28,630 nucleotides of DNA from Cyanobacteria bacterium P01_D01_bin.156 (GCA_039024555.1 JBCCQQ010000074.1:1-28630); one strand, 5' to 3'. Shown: positions 9,948 to 18,916, counted from the stretch's first letter. Numbers and translations are program-made. Notes: a model not told the origin generated them from the letters alone.

Positions 9948-10784
9948 TTAGGTCGATAGATTGATATCAAACCGCTGGCAAATGCTAACGATTGCTTCAA
10001 TCCACCCCTGGGGAGCAATCGAGGGTGCCACCTCCCACCCTTGTTCGGCTAACTGGGGATGGGCACCGTTAACACCAGGTAAGATTATCGGATGGTCAAC
10101 ATGGGCAAGCATGTCCAAATCGTTAGGGCTATTCCCTAAGCCAATAGTGACAATTGTTTCCTCCGGTGGCCAAATGCTTCGATAAAGGTCGACTAACCGC
10201 TCCACGGCGTTACCTTTGCCCGCTTCTGGGCCAATCAGGTGGGAAAAGCGATCGCCCACCACCACATTGAATCCCATAGACTCTACTGCTTCGACGATCT
10301 GTGCCGATGTAACGGCCTTAGGCGTAATAAAGGGTTCACTAAATTCACGAGCCTTGGCTTCCTGGGCATCCTGAGCCGATAAACCTGTGTATTTCTGTAA
10401 GCGTTGAATGGTCATGTCACCAAAGCCCAGCAGCGAGTGTCTAAGCTCATTGGCAATCACCCGTAGGGCTGCCCTAGCCTGTACGTAGGGGCACCCGAGT
10501 TCCACTATGTAATAATCTCCCTCTTGCTCGCCCGGTGGTTCTTTGAAGGGATTATGATTAACTTCAATAAAAATACCGCTACCGTTCTCGGTAATAAATG
10601 GTTCGGTGAGGCCCACCTCTTGACGTAGGGTGGCTACCTCTGCCCGGGTCTTACTGGTTACTGGGATAACGGGAATCTGCAGTGCTTTCAGTTGCTGAAT
10701 AATAGGAACCGTCGCCGCATAGTCATAGGTTTCACCATTGAGGAGAGTGCCATCGAGATCGGTAAAAATAATCAGCTGAGTCAT
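9948..10784 (-). CDS. HAD-IIB hydrolase, mannosyl-/glucosyl-3-phosphoglycerate phosphatase family (MpgP/GpgP-like)
   Basis: Motif I FTDLDGTLL, motif II TSKTRAE, PFITENG, AREFSEP and motif IV GLGNSPNDLDML. Confidence 0.88.
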   Translation of the reverse strand: MTQLIIFTDLDGTLLNGETYDYAATVPIIQQLKALQIPVIPVTSKTRAEVATLRQEVGLTEPFITENGSGIFIEVNHNPFKEPPGEQEGDYYIVELGCPYVQARAALRVIANELRHSLLGFGDMTIQRLQKYTGLSAQDAQEAKAREFSEPFITPKAVTSAQIVEAVESMGFNVVVGDRFSHLIGPEAGKGNAVERLVDLYRSIWPPEETIVTIGLGNSPNDLDMLAHVDHPIILPGVNGAHPQLAEQGWEVAPSIAPQGWIEAIVSICQRFDINLST

Positions 10785-10822
10785 GGGAGTAAAGCAGATT
10801 CGGCCTGGTGGACTGATTAAGG

Positions 10823-10863
10823 CGGCGTTGCTGATCGGCTAGGCTAGCCCTGAATCAGCAACG
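10823..10863. repeat. Short palindromic element, copy 1 (CGTTGCTGAT...ATCAGCAACG)
   Basis: CGGCGTTGCTGATC (10823-10836) and AATCAGCAACG (10853-10863) enclose an inner GGCTAG/CTAGCC stem. Confidence 0.7.
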
Positions 10864-11031
10864 GCAAGCATGTCTAGATTAAACACCTATTTGTTCACGA
10901 GTCATACCTGTTATTCGTTTTGATTTTTAGGTTTGCCAGTGCGGCACGAATACAATCTGTACCTTTATTAAGAACGGAGTTCCTACACTTTTAGAGGACC
11001 ATTGGTATTAGTTCTGTACAATGTATCAAAT

Positions 11032-11121
11032 CGGCGTTGCTGATCCTTGGGAGGATCTTATCTGTCAAATCCAGACAACTGGATAGCTCTACAGATCGTT
11101 TCATTCCCTAAATCAGCAACG
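11032..11121. repeat. Short palindromic element, copy 2 (same termini, longer unrelated interior)
   Basis: CGGCGTTGCTGATC (11032-11045) and AATCAGCAACG (11111-11121), identical to the ends of copy 1. Confidence 0.7.
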
Positions 11122-11219
11122 ACAGAAGTCTGTTCTAGGGCGTAGCTGTTTTTTTCTACAAAGACAACAGTATATAGAACAGATTTCTAGGAGAGAACAA
11201 CAATTATTTTGTGATATCT

Positions 11220-12143
11220 ATGCATCGTCAGGAGACGAATTGTGAAAGTGAACCCAAGTCTTCTGAACTATCAATCGCTATTGTGGGCGATGTGCACAAC
11301 CAGTGGAGTGAATCGGATGCAGCTGCTCTCAAAACTTTAGATGTCGATCTAGTGTTGTTTGTTGGAGACTTTGGCAACGAAGCGATTGATATCGTACAAC
11401 AGGTTGCTAATGTTTCTCTACCAAAGGCGGTCATTTTGGGAAATCATGATGCCTGGTATACGGCAGGGACTAAGCATCGAAAACACTGTCCCTATGATTT
11501 GAATAAAGAAGATCGGGTGCAACAACAGCTAGATGCGTTAGGAGATGCTGATGTCGGCTTTAGCAAACTAGAACTACCTCAACATCAGGTAACGGTTGTT
11601 GGAGGGCGTCCGTTTAGCTGGGGTGGGTCCACATGGCGACATCATTCATTCTACCAAGAGCGCTATGGGGTTGCGAACTTTGAAGAGTCTGCAGCTAAAA
11701 TTTCTGAGCTGGTTGCGATCGCGCAGCACGATACCCTTATTTTTCTAGGTCACAACGGACCGGCTGGTTTGGGAGAGCAGACCTACGATATCTGCGGTCG
11801 AGATTGGAAGCGCAAGGGGGGAGACTACGGCGACCCGGACTTTGCTAGTGCGATCGCGACTGCCCAAGATTCAAACCACAAGGTTCCCTTAGTGGTGTTT
11901 GGCCACATGCACCATGAACTTAGATACGATAAGACCCGCCTTCGGAAACGCTTGGTCGTGGACGACCACGGTACGATTTACCTGAATGGAGCCCAGGTAC
12001 CTCGGGTCATTGCAACCGACGACGGCTACCGTCGTAGCTTTACCCTGGTGACTTTACAGAGCGGCGCAGTCAAAAGCGTGTGCCTGATATGGTTGAACAC
12101 GGAGCATGCAATTGTCTCTGAAGAATATTTATACCAAACTTGA
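11220..12143 (+). CDS. TIGR04168-family (DevT-like) calcineurin-type metallophosphoesterase
   Basis: IAIVGDVH, FVGDFGNE, LGNHDAW, GGRPFSWGG, GHNGPAGLG, GGDYGDPD and FGHMHH. Start is either ATG 11220 or GTG 11211. Confidence 0.88.
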   Translation: MHRQETNCESEPKSSELSIAIVGDVHNQWSESDAAALKTLDVDLVLFVGDFGNEAIDIVQQVANVSLPKAVILGNHDAWYTAGTKHRKHCPYDLNKEDRVQQQLDALGDADVGFSKLELPQHQVTVVGGRPFSWGGSTWRHHSFYQERYGVANFEESAAKISELVAIAQHDTLIFLGHNGPAGLGEQTYDICGRDWKRKGGDYGDPDFASAIATAQDSNHKVPLVVFGHMHHELRYDKTRLRKRLVVDDHGTIYLNGAQVPRVIATDDGYRRSFTLVTLQSGAVKSVCLIWLNTEHAIVSEEYLYQT

Positions 12144-12241
12144 GACGAGACCCATGATACCTCTGGACGCTAGGGTAAATTTGGGCTAGCATAGCTCATG
12201 CTTCTAACTTATGCCCTTTGTGGGTATGCACTAGACGCATT

Positions 12242-12326
12242 GGAGAGGTGGCAGAGTGGTCGATTGCGCTCGACTTGAAATCGAGTGAGCCGCAAGGTTC
12301 CGAGGGTTCGAATCCCTCCCTCTCCG
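12242..12326 (+). tRNA. tRNA-Ser (anticodon UGA)
   Basis: Acceptor stem GGAGAGG/CCTCTCC, anticodon arm CTCGA-CTTGAAA-TCGAG, long variable arm GAGCC-GCAA-GGTTC, T-arm GAGGG-TTCGAAT-CCCTC and discriminator G. CCA is not encoded. Confidence 0.97.
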
Positions 12327-12487
12327 TTTATATTTTAGGCATTACACAATGGTTTGAGCGTTTGTACTGGTTACAGCAAATGCAGTATTTTATGGCAAAC
12401 TTGCTGTATTTTTTGCAAAAATTGGCTCAAAATTTCAGTAGACATAAGTGGGTCTGGTAGTTATCACTTGTGGGGTTTGATCACTCA

Positions 12488-12668
12488 CTGTTAGTGCTAT
12501 TAGAAGTCATATCTTATGATTTTAGTGATATCTGGAGGAATCATAAACCTAAGCCTGTAAAGACATCTGACCTGCCTACCGATGAAGAGATAGAACAAAA
12601 TAGGTCAGATACTCCTCTAGCGTCATAGTCTGGGTTGTGGTGGGTTTAGCAACTGTCATGGCAAACCT
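12488..12668 (+). pseudogene. Probable relic of a cyanobacterial site-specific (tyrosine) integrase
   Basis: The frame reads ...DFSDIWRNHKPKPVKTSDLPTDEEIEQNR... and then, shifted, WVVVGLATVMANLR. This recalls the DLPTDEEI...WVYGMLATYGLR segment of cyanobacterial integrases (from memory). It lies directly 3' of a tRNA. Confidence 0.45.
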
Positions 12669-12979
12669 CCGTTAGACGACCCACCATTCGTTCTAATTCT
12701 GCGATTTGCTCGGCTGATTCATTCCCTCCACTTTTGCCTCCAAACGCTAAATGCGCCTGTCTTAGAAATTCATTTCGCCAACGATTGATAACCGACGTAT
12801 GGACTTTATGGGCTCGACTGGCTTCGCTTACACTCCGGTGCCCTTCTGACAATCTCCAGCACGACTTGTGCCTTAAATTCGCTACTGTAGTTCCTATGTT
12901 TACTCGCTATATCCTTTCCCCTTATGGGACTCTAGCTTACGCTCTTTCAGCTCTGTCCTAATTTAAGGGGGGCACTACA
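12669..12979 (-). mobile_element. Truncated IS3-family element: left IR plus degraded orfA
   Basis: The minus strand starts TGTAGTGCCCCCCTTAAATTAGGACA (TG-type IS3 end). After an RBS-like AAGGGGAAAGGA comes ATA-ASKHRNYSSEFKAQVVLEI, a frameshift, then GHRSVSEASRAHKVHTSVINRWRNEF...IAELERMVGRLT (HTH plus leucine zipper). No orfB or right end is visible. Confidence 0.85.
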
Positions 12980-13655
12980 ATCAAATGTTTCGACAAAGGC
13001 ACGAGCGCAGTGGGCTCATTTGTAGCGTTGACTCCCTTGGCTAGTTTTTCCGTGCTTGTGAGTCTTAGGATGGTCGCAATAGCGGCAATCCATTGATTTT
13101 GGGTAGATAGCATCCCTTTACATGACGTTTCCTACACTTCTTTGGTTCACGACCACGGATGGCTAACATGTGGCATGTTTACACTCTTTCTGAATAGCTG
13201 TAATTCTTACAGAGCATACGTTCAAGAGTTAGCCCTATGGTCAGAAAAATAGCAAGATATTCAGCAAATTAGCGTAATTACCTCGGCAATTAGTGGTGTT
13301 TAACCCAAAAGTGGGACTATGACTATCGATAGAGATGAATGAATCCGTGTGATTTTGTAGATCGGCTTCCATAAAATTACTGAGTGTTTTTCAAAACTAG
13401 TAAATTAGTTGGTCCGGGTGTCTGTATTTCTCATTAGGAAAGACTGTTTTTTTGTCAAACGTAGCTTACGTATGTACTCCGCGTCGGCAATAACTCCGTA
13501 GCTTCCTAGGGGTGAGGTTGATACGTTGATAGTGTTCTAACCCATTAAAAAGTGAATACCATTATGTCGAGGGTCATGGTTTGATGTAATGGTTGAAAGC
13601 ATTAGAATAAGTGCCATGGGTTTGACGCTGTTCCTCTCATAGTGCGTGAAATCAA

Positions 13656-14540
13656 ATGAGTATTTTGGCCCCTGAAAAAACTGTTACTCCAGAAGAAATG
13701 AGCTTAGCTGTGGCAGAGTGCTCTACACCAAGCCTGTTACAGCAATCAGATTTTCTGCATCGAGTGGAGTCAAGTATTCCCAAGGCTATTCCCTTGGAAG
13801 TTCAGTCAGTAACTGTTGTAATTCCAGCATTAAATGAGGCTGGGAATTTGGAAAAGCTATTTGATCGCATTTACATTGCCTTTGAGGAAATAGGCGTTAC
13901 ATTGCCAGTTCTTGTGGTCGATGATGGCAGCACGGATGAAAGTCCTGATATTTTAGCTCGTTTATCTGAAAGGTATACATTTTTAACAGTGATTCGGCAT
14001 CCGCAACGTCTAGGAGTGACAGCGGTTTGGCAGACAGCACTATCCCATGTCAAAACCAATTGGATTTTCTGGGGACAGGCAGATTTAGAGTCTGATCCAG
14101 CCACTGACATTCCTAAATTGTTACGAGCGTATCGTCCAGGTATGGTAGCGATCTCAGGTTGGCGCCAAGGACGTGGTGATGGTAAAAATCAAGCTTCTCA
14201 ATTGGCCAATCGGGCATGTCGCTGGGCCTTCGGTTTACACATCCATGATATGAACTGGATTAAGCTGGTGCGCCGAGATACCCTATTAGGGCTGCCTATT
14301 CACCTAATTACCCATCGGTTTTTATTAGCTGTTATTGCGGGCTTAGGCTATCAAGTGAATGAAGTTAAAACGCCCTGGTATCCAAGGTTTTCCGGCAGTA
14401 GTAAGTTTGGTAAAAAGCGCTTATTGGTATCTGCAAAAGATTTCCTAACGGTAGCAGCTTGGTTCTATTTAGGGCGTCCTCTAAAGCAGTGTCTAAACTG
14501 TGTTGGGATTGTAAAAACATTGATTCGAGCGACAGCGTAG
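13656..14540 (+). CDS. GT2 glycosyltransferase, DPM1/ArnC/GtrB-like polyprenol-phosphate sugar synthase
   Basis: VVIPALNEAGNL, VVDDGSTD, variant DxD motif QADLESDP, SGWRQGRGD, HRFL and PRFSGSSKFG. Confidence 0.88.
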   Translation: MSILAPEKTVTPEEMSLAVAECSTPSLLQQSDFLHRVESSIPKAIPLEVQSVTVVIPALNEAGNLEKLFDRIYIAFEEIGVTLPVLVVDDGSTDESPDILARLSERYTFLTVIRHPQRLGVTAVWQTALSHVKTNWIFWGQADLESDPATDIPKLLRAYRPGMVAISGWRQGRGDGKNQASQLANRACRWAFGLHIHDMNWIKLVRRDTLLGLPIHLITHRFLLAVIAGLGYQVNEVKTPWYPRFSGSSKFGKKRLLVSAKDFLTVAAWFYLGRPLKQCLNCVGIVKTLIRATA

Positions 14541-14695
14541 TGCTACAACCTGTCGGTATACAAAAAACAAGCACGTTGGTTGTCGCACTAAAATTGCAGT
14601 AAAAAGAAATTGATAGGTCTCTGTTGAGGGTACCCAGCTAACTGGGCAAGCTTCAACTATCCAGTATGTTTTCTTATTATGCAGGATAGTGGTCG

Positions 14696-15883
14696 ATGTC
14701 CTTAAATACAAAACATGTTCTTGTGCTCAGTTCTGTGTACCCTCTGTCTCCAGATGGTAATCATGGAGCATTTATCCGAGAAACAATTTTACGTTTAAAG
14801 CCAACAGGGATTCGCTTTAGTGTTTTTGCACCCTCCTATGAAGCCAGCCAGTCCCATGAATTGGAAGGGGTAAATGTTTACCGCTTTCGCTATTTTTGGA
14901 AGCGATTTGAAACATTAGTACGAGATGGCGCTCCCACTAAGTTAAAACGACAACCGCTCTACCTGATTCCTGCCATTTGTTATGTAGTATTAGGAACCTG
15001 TCAGTTATTCTGGCTCTGCCACAAAATTCGCCCCAATTTGTTGCACGTACATTGGCCTTTTCCCCACGGGTTAATGGCCTGGCCGGTTAGCAAGCTATTG
15101 AATATCCCCATGGTATTTAGTTTCCATGGGGGAGAGTTATTGCTCGCTCGGCGCTTTGGATTTGTTGCCCACATCTTGCGTTGGCTTTTACCTCAGACAG
15201 CTGGAGTAACGACTAACTCATCCTTTACCAAGGGATTAGTTGAGAAATTAACCTCCTGTCCATCACAAGTCATTCCCTATGGGCTGACTGTTGAGGCCAA
15301 ACTCAATTCACCATCCGGTTATAATCCAGTGCCTACCTTATTGTTTGTTGGTCGATTGGATGAACGTAAAGGAGTATGTTATTTGCTCGACGCAATGCCA
15401 GCTTTGTTGGCCGAGCGTGATGTGCGATTAAGAATTGTGGGGGCAGGTATTCTGGAAACTGAGCTCAAAGAACAGGTCAAATTTTTGTCGCTGGAGCCTT
15501 GGGTAGACTTTCTAGGATTTGTTTCCAAGGCAGAGCTTGCCCATGAATATGCCCATTGTGATGTTTTTGTATTACCTGCAATTGTGGATGGTAAAGGGGA
15601 TACAGAAGGCTTAGGTATAGTCATGATTGAAGCGTTAGCCCATGGTAAACCGGTGGTAGCGACCGCTGTTGGAGGAATTCCAGATGTGATTACGTCTGGA
15701 GAGACCGGTTGTTTGGTTCCCGAGAAAAATTCAATGGCCTTAGCCAAAGCAATCTCAGCGGTACTGGATCGACCGGAATGGGCTGCCCAACTGGGGCGCC
15801 AGGGGTTAGCAGACATTCAAGTGCGGTTTAGCTGGTCACGCATTGTGGCAATGTGGCAGGACATCTACCAACGAGTCCTTTAG
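14696..15883 (+). CDS. GT4 (GT-B fold) glycosyltransferase
   Basis: LHVHWPFPHG, FHGGE, LFVGRLDERKG, DVFVLP and EGLGIVMIEALAHGKPVVATAVGGIPDVI (E-x7-E motif). Confidence 0.95.
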   Translation: MSLNTKHVLVLSSVYPLSPDGNHGAFIRETILRLKPTGIRFSVFAPSYEASQSHELEGVNVYRFRYFWKRFETLVRDGAPTKLKRQPLYLIPAICYVVLGTCQLFWLCHKIRPNLLHVHWPFPHGLMAWPVSKLLNIPMVFSFHGGELLLARRFGFVAHILRWLLPQTAGVTTNSSFTKGLVEKLTSCPSQVIPYGLTVEAKLNSPSGYNPVPTLLFVGRLDERKGVCYLLDAMPALLAERDVRLRIVGAGILETELKEQVKFLSLEPWVDFLGFVSKAELAHEYAHCDVFVLPAIVDGKGDTEGLGIVMIEALAHGKPVVATAVGGIPDVITSGETGCLVPEKNSMALAKAISAVLDRPEWAAQLGRQGLADIQVRFSWSRIVAMWQDIYQRVL

Positions 15884-15918
15884 CAACGAACCTTCCTTTT
15901 GCGGTTGGTGACGCAGTT

Positions 15919-17463
15919 ATGTCCAGGGGAATAAAACTTTCAATATCGGGTTGGCTGTTGCCTACCTTGGTAGTGGTGCCGTTGTCAGCGATGGTTCTCT
16001 TAACCCTTGGTGTGTTACTGCCAACCCTTAACCAGCCTGAGTCACGTATTTATGGTTCTAATATTGGTTATCCGGCCCGCCAGCGCAAAGCTGGCGAACC
16101 GATTAAGGTTGAGACATTTGTGGTGGGCCAAGGTACTGTCGAAAGTGCAATTGGTGCACCGGGAATGTCGGTGGCATTGGATGATGTAAATGTACGGCCT
16201 GAAATCAATGGTGTTGTTGAAAGTGTCTTGGTTAAGGAAGGGGATTGGGTGCGTAAAGGACAATTGCTCTTTCGTCTAAAGCAAGATGATATTTTGACGC
16301 AGGTGGAGCAGGCTCGTACGGAGTTAGCACGATTTCAAACTCAGCTCCATCAACAAAAAATTGAATCCCAAGGGAGCATTCGGCTACTTGAGGATGAGGT
16401 AGCGTTAGCAAAATCTCGATTAGGGGCAGCCGCGGACCGTCTACAGGGTGGAGAGACTTACATAACACAACAAATTGAACAGGAGCGAAGTGCGGCTTAC
16501 ATCCAACTAGAAAACGCCCGTAAGCGTTTAGATAATATGCGCTATCTCTATGAGCGCGGAGCTGTCAGTGAATTTCAGCTATTGGATGCTGAAGATCTAT
16601 ACGCTGAACGGTTGAAGGATTTTGAAGCAGCTGGTCAAGGAGATTTTTTTGAACAAAATTCTCGATATCTTAATCAAGATTTTCTTCTAGAACGTGAGCT
16701 TGATGTTTCAGCAGCTCAACAACAGCTAGCAAACTTACGTCGAAATCAATCTGGAATTCTCCGAAGTTTACAATTAGATGTGGAAAAAGCTCAGTCAAGA
16801 TTGAAACAGACGGAAGTTTTGCTGGATAAAACCTTGCTCTATGCAGTAAGCGATGGTCTCATTAGTAAAGTCAATGCTGATGCTGGAGATTTTTATGAAA
16901 TTGGAGAAGAAACACTGGTAACCTTAAGTCAAGATGTCGCATTTGAAGCATTTGTTGATCAGGTACGTCTAGATACGGTTAACGTCGGTGATTCAGCTAT
17001 CGTTCGGCTGGTGGCATATCCAGGCAAAACATTTGAAGGCAAGGTAATCCGAGTAAATCCAGCGATTGAGACCGAGGGATTTCGCTTAGGTAAGGTCAGC
17101 ATTAATCGCCAATATACCTACTCGGTTTGGATAAACGTAGCAGAGCTGCAGCTCTCACCAGGGTTACAAGGATTTGCCACGTTTAATCCAGTACAGAAAA
17201 TCATTCGAGTTCCTGAACAGGCAATCACCCATGTATCAGGTGGAGATGCCATGGTTATGGTGGTAGCTGCTGGTCAGGCTGTAGTTCGTCAAGTCCTTGT
17301 GGGTCAGCGTTTTGATAATGTCCGTGAGATTATCTCTGGTTTAGAGATAGGGGAACAAGTCATTCTAAATCCGCGGGTGTTACAACCAGGTGATCTTGTT
17401 GAGCCTGAGCCAATAGACCAGAATAGATTGCCTATTGAACCTGGTCGTGATGCTGCTAATTAG
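15919..17463 (+). CDS. Membrane fusion protein / efflux periplasmic adaptor (HlyD/RND MFP) with long coiled coil
   Basis: N-terminal TM, lipoyl half-motifs VRPEINGVVESVLVKEGDWVRKGQLL and LYAVSDGLISKVNADAGD, a long helical hairpin, and beta-barrel AYPGKTFEGKVIRVNP with C-terminal EIISGLEIGEQV. ATG 15919 is preferred over 15853. Confidence 0.9.
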   Translation: MSRGIKLSISGWLLPTLVVVPLSAMVLLTLGVLLPTLNQPESRIYGSNIGYPARQRKAGEPIKVETFVVGQGTVESAIGAPGMSVALDDVNVRPEINGVVESVLVKEGDWVRKGQLLFRLKQDDILTQVEQARTELARFQTQLHQQKIESQGSIRLLEDEVALAKSRLGAAADRLQGGETYITQQIEQERSAAYIQLENARKRLDNMRYLYERGAVSEFQLLDAEDLYAERLKDFEAAGQGDFFEQNSRYLNQDFLLERELDVSAAQQQLANLRRNQSGILRSLQLDVEKAQSRLKQTEVLLDKTLLYAVSDGLISKVNADAGDFYEIGEETLVTLSQDVAFEAFVDQVRLDTVNVGDSAIVRLVAYPGKTFEGKVIRVNPAIETEGFRLGKVSINRQYTYSVWINVAELQLSPGLQGFATFNPVQKIIRVPEQAITHVSGGDAMVMVVAAGQAVVRQVLVGQRFDNVREIISGLEIGEQVILNPRVLQPGDLVEPEPIDQNRLPIEPGRDAAN

Positions 17464-18916
17464 AAGATTGTCATGGTTTAATCGGGCACGACTAACTGGG
17501 ATAGTCGGTATTTTGAGCTTACTGCTCAGCTTTCGATATTCCTGGTATCATCTCCTCCCTTACGGTTTAGAGAGTTTGAACTTGGCGAGTTCTTTGGGCA
17601 GAATGCTCTCCGGTAGCATAGGGCTGGCCTTGCTTGTAGCATTACTGCCTGTGAGCCGATGGGGGATTAAAGTTCTACGATTCCCCCTTTGGGGAGGGCT
17701 AGGGTTAACCTTGTTATTTCCCTATATGGTGATGACCTGGTGCCCACAACAGGCATTTTTGGCATTGTCCTACTGGCATCAGCTGACCCAGGTCAATAAT
17801 CAAGTAGAAACTAGCTTTGCTGAGGTACAGAATCAATGGAAGCAGTTTAGTTCTCTTTCTCAATTTCAGCCATTATCTACGTTAGCAACGTTTGATTTGC
17901 CTGATAGTCGATTTTTTCAATTGTCCCAGTGGGACCATGTTCTGTTGGATGGCTTTGGCTACAGTAATGGTTTTTTTGCGTTTATTGGGAAAGGGTGGAG
18001 TTTAACTGTCATTAGCTTGGTTCTATTGTTGTTGGCAGTTTATTTGATACCTGATCCTATGAAGTTAGACGACTTTAATGGGAAAAGGTGGCGGCTATAC
18101 CGTGACTTTAAATATGGGTTACCCGTTGGTGGAGTAATCGTATGTTTGCTGTTGTGTCACATGATTGGGGCTAACCTTTGGAACCGTTCCCTACAGGTTG
18201 CCTATGCCCGTGGAGATTATAGTGTCGTTGTTCAACAAACTCCCTGGTTAATGAGGGTGTATCCGCCATATCAAGGAGATCCTCAAGTGTGGAAACGCTA
18301 TGGTGATTCTCATTATTACAGTGGAGCTCACAATCCGGGGTTGACTGCATTTTGTCAGGGCATGGCACGTTATCAGGGCCATGATTTTGCCCAAGCAATT
18401 CCCTATCTAGAACAAGCATTGCACCAGTATCCAAACCTGTTGTTGTTGCGAGAATATCTGGCAGCAGCTCTGATCAATCAAGGGGTTACTTACTTTAATG
18501 CGCCCACATTGCCATTTTCACCCCATGGAAATAACTATCCCAATTTTGCCAATAGTCCACTGAATCCAATTGCACCCAATAGTCAGCGACAGCTCAATAA
18601 TCGTAAACCCGGGGGAACCAGCTATTTTTTGGAACAATCCCTGTTGGTGTTTCCTGGGCATATTCAAGCCCTCTATGACCTGATGCTGGTGAAAGCTATT
18701 GATCAACAGTTTGATGCTTCGGCTGCGATCGCAAACACCATTCTTGATGAGCAGCGTTACTTCCAAACTCCCAATGTTGGTTTGATGGGACAGGCCCATC
18801 TACACCAAAGCTGGGCAGCCTACCATCGCGGCGATCTGGATACTGCTTGGAAGGCTTACCGTCGCTCAGTAGATTCTGATGTGTGGGATGATCAGGAGAC
18901 TGAGGCAAATGAGTAA
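17450..18916 (+). CDS. Multi-pass membrane protein with C-terminal TPR-like repeats
   Basis: About five hydrophobic segments in the first ~250 aa, followed by TPR-like helices (GMARYQGHDFAQAIPYLEQALHQYP; SWAAYHRGDLDTAWKAYRRS). The ATG at 17450 overlaps the end of the MFP gene. Confidence 0.8.
   Translation: MLLIRRLSWFNRARLTGIVGILSLLLSFRYSWYHLLPYGLESLNLASSLGRMLSGSIGLALLVALLPVSRWGIKVLRFPLWGGLGLTLLFPYMVMTWCPQQAFLALSYWHQLTQVNNQVETSFAEVQNQWKQFSSLSQFQPLSTLATFDLPDSRFFQLSQWDHVLLDGFGYSNGFFAFIGKGWSLTVISLVLLLLAVYLIPDPMKLDDFNGKRWRLYRDFKYGLPVGGVIVCLLLCHMIGANLWNRSLQVAYARGDYSVVVQQTPWLMRVYPPYQGDPQVWKRYGDSHYYSGAHNPGLTAFCQGMARYQGHDFAQAIPYLEQALHQYPNLLLLREYLAAALINQGVTYFNAPTLPFSPHGNNYPNFANSPLNPIAPNSQRQLNNRKPGGTSYFLEQSLLVFPGHIQALYDLMLVKAIDQQFDASAAIANTILDEQRYFQTPNVGLMGQAHLHQSWAAYHRGDLDTAWKAYRRSVDSDVWDDQETEANE

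Noticed and set aside
10990..11165. NtcA box upstream of the TIGR04168 or HAD gene
   Set aside because: The GTA...TAC pairs I found have spacings other than the required N8.
12218..12460. 80-aa ORF
   Set aside because: It spans the tRNA-Ser gene and is a chance reading frame.
12734..12961. 75-aa plus-strand ORF
   Set aside because: Antisense shadow of the IS3 remnant.
12980..13200. Possible continuation of the integrase relic beyond the IS3 end
   Set aside because: Only faint resemblance (FPCL*VLG); not supportable without an alignment.
14541..14695. Terminator or small gene between GT2 and GT4
   Set aside because: Only short imperfect stems (e.g. CCCAG/CTGGG) without a U-tract; the minus-strand ORFs here have no support.
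15379..15816. 145-aa minus-strand ORF and other short antisense/nested ORFs within leuS, nadA, the GT operon, PEP-CTERM and TIR genes
   Set aside because: They fully overlap well-supported genes and carry no recognisable motifs.
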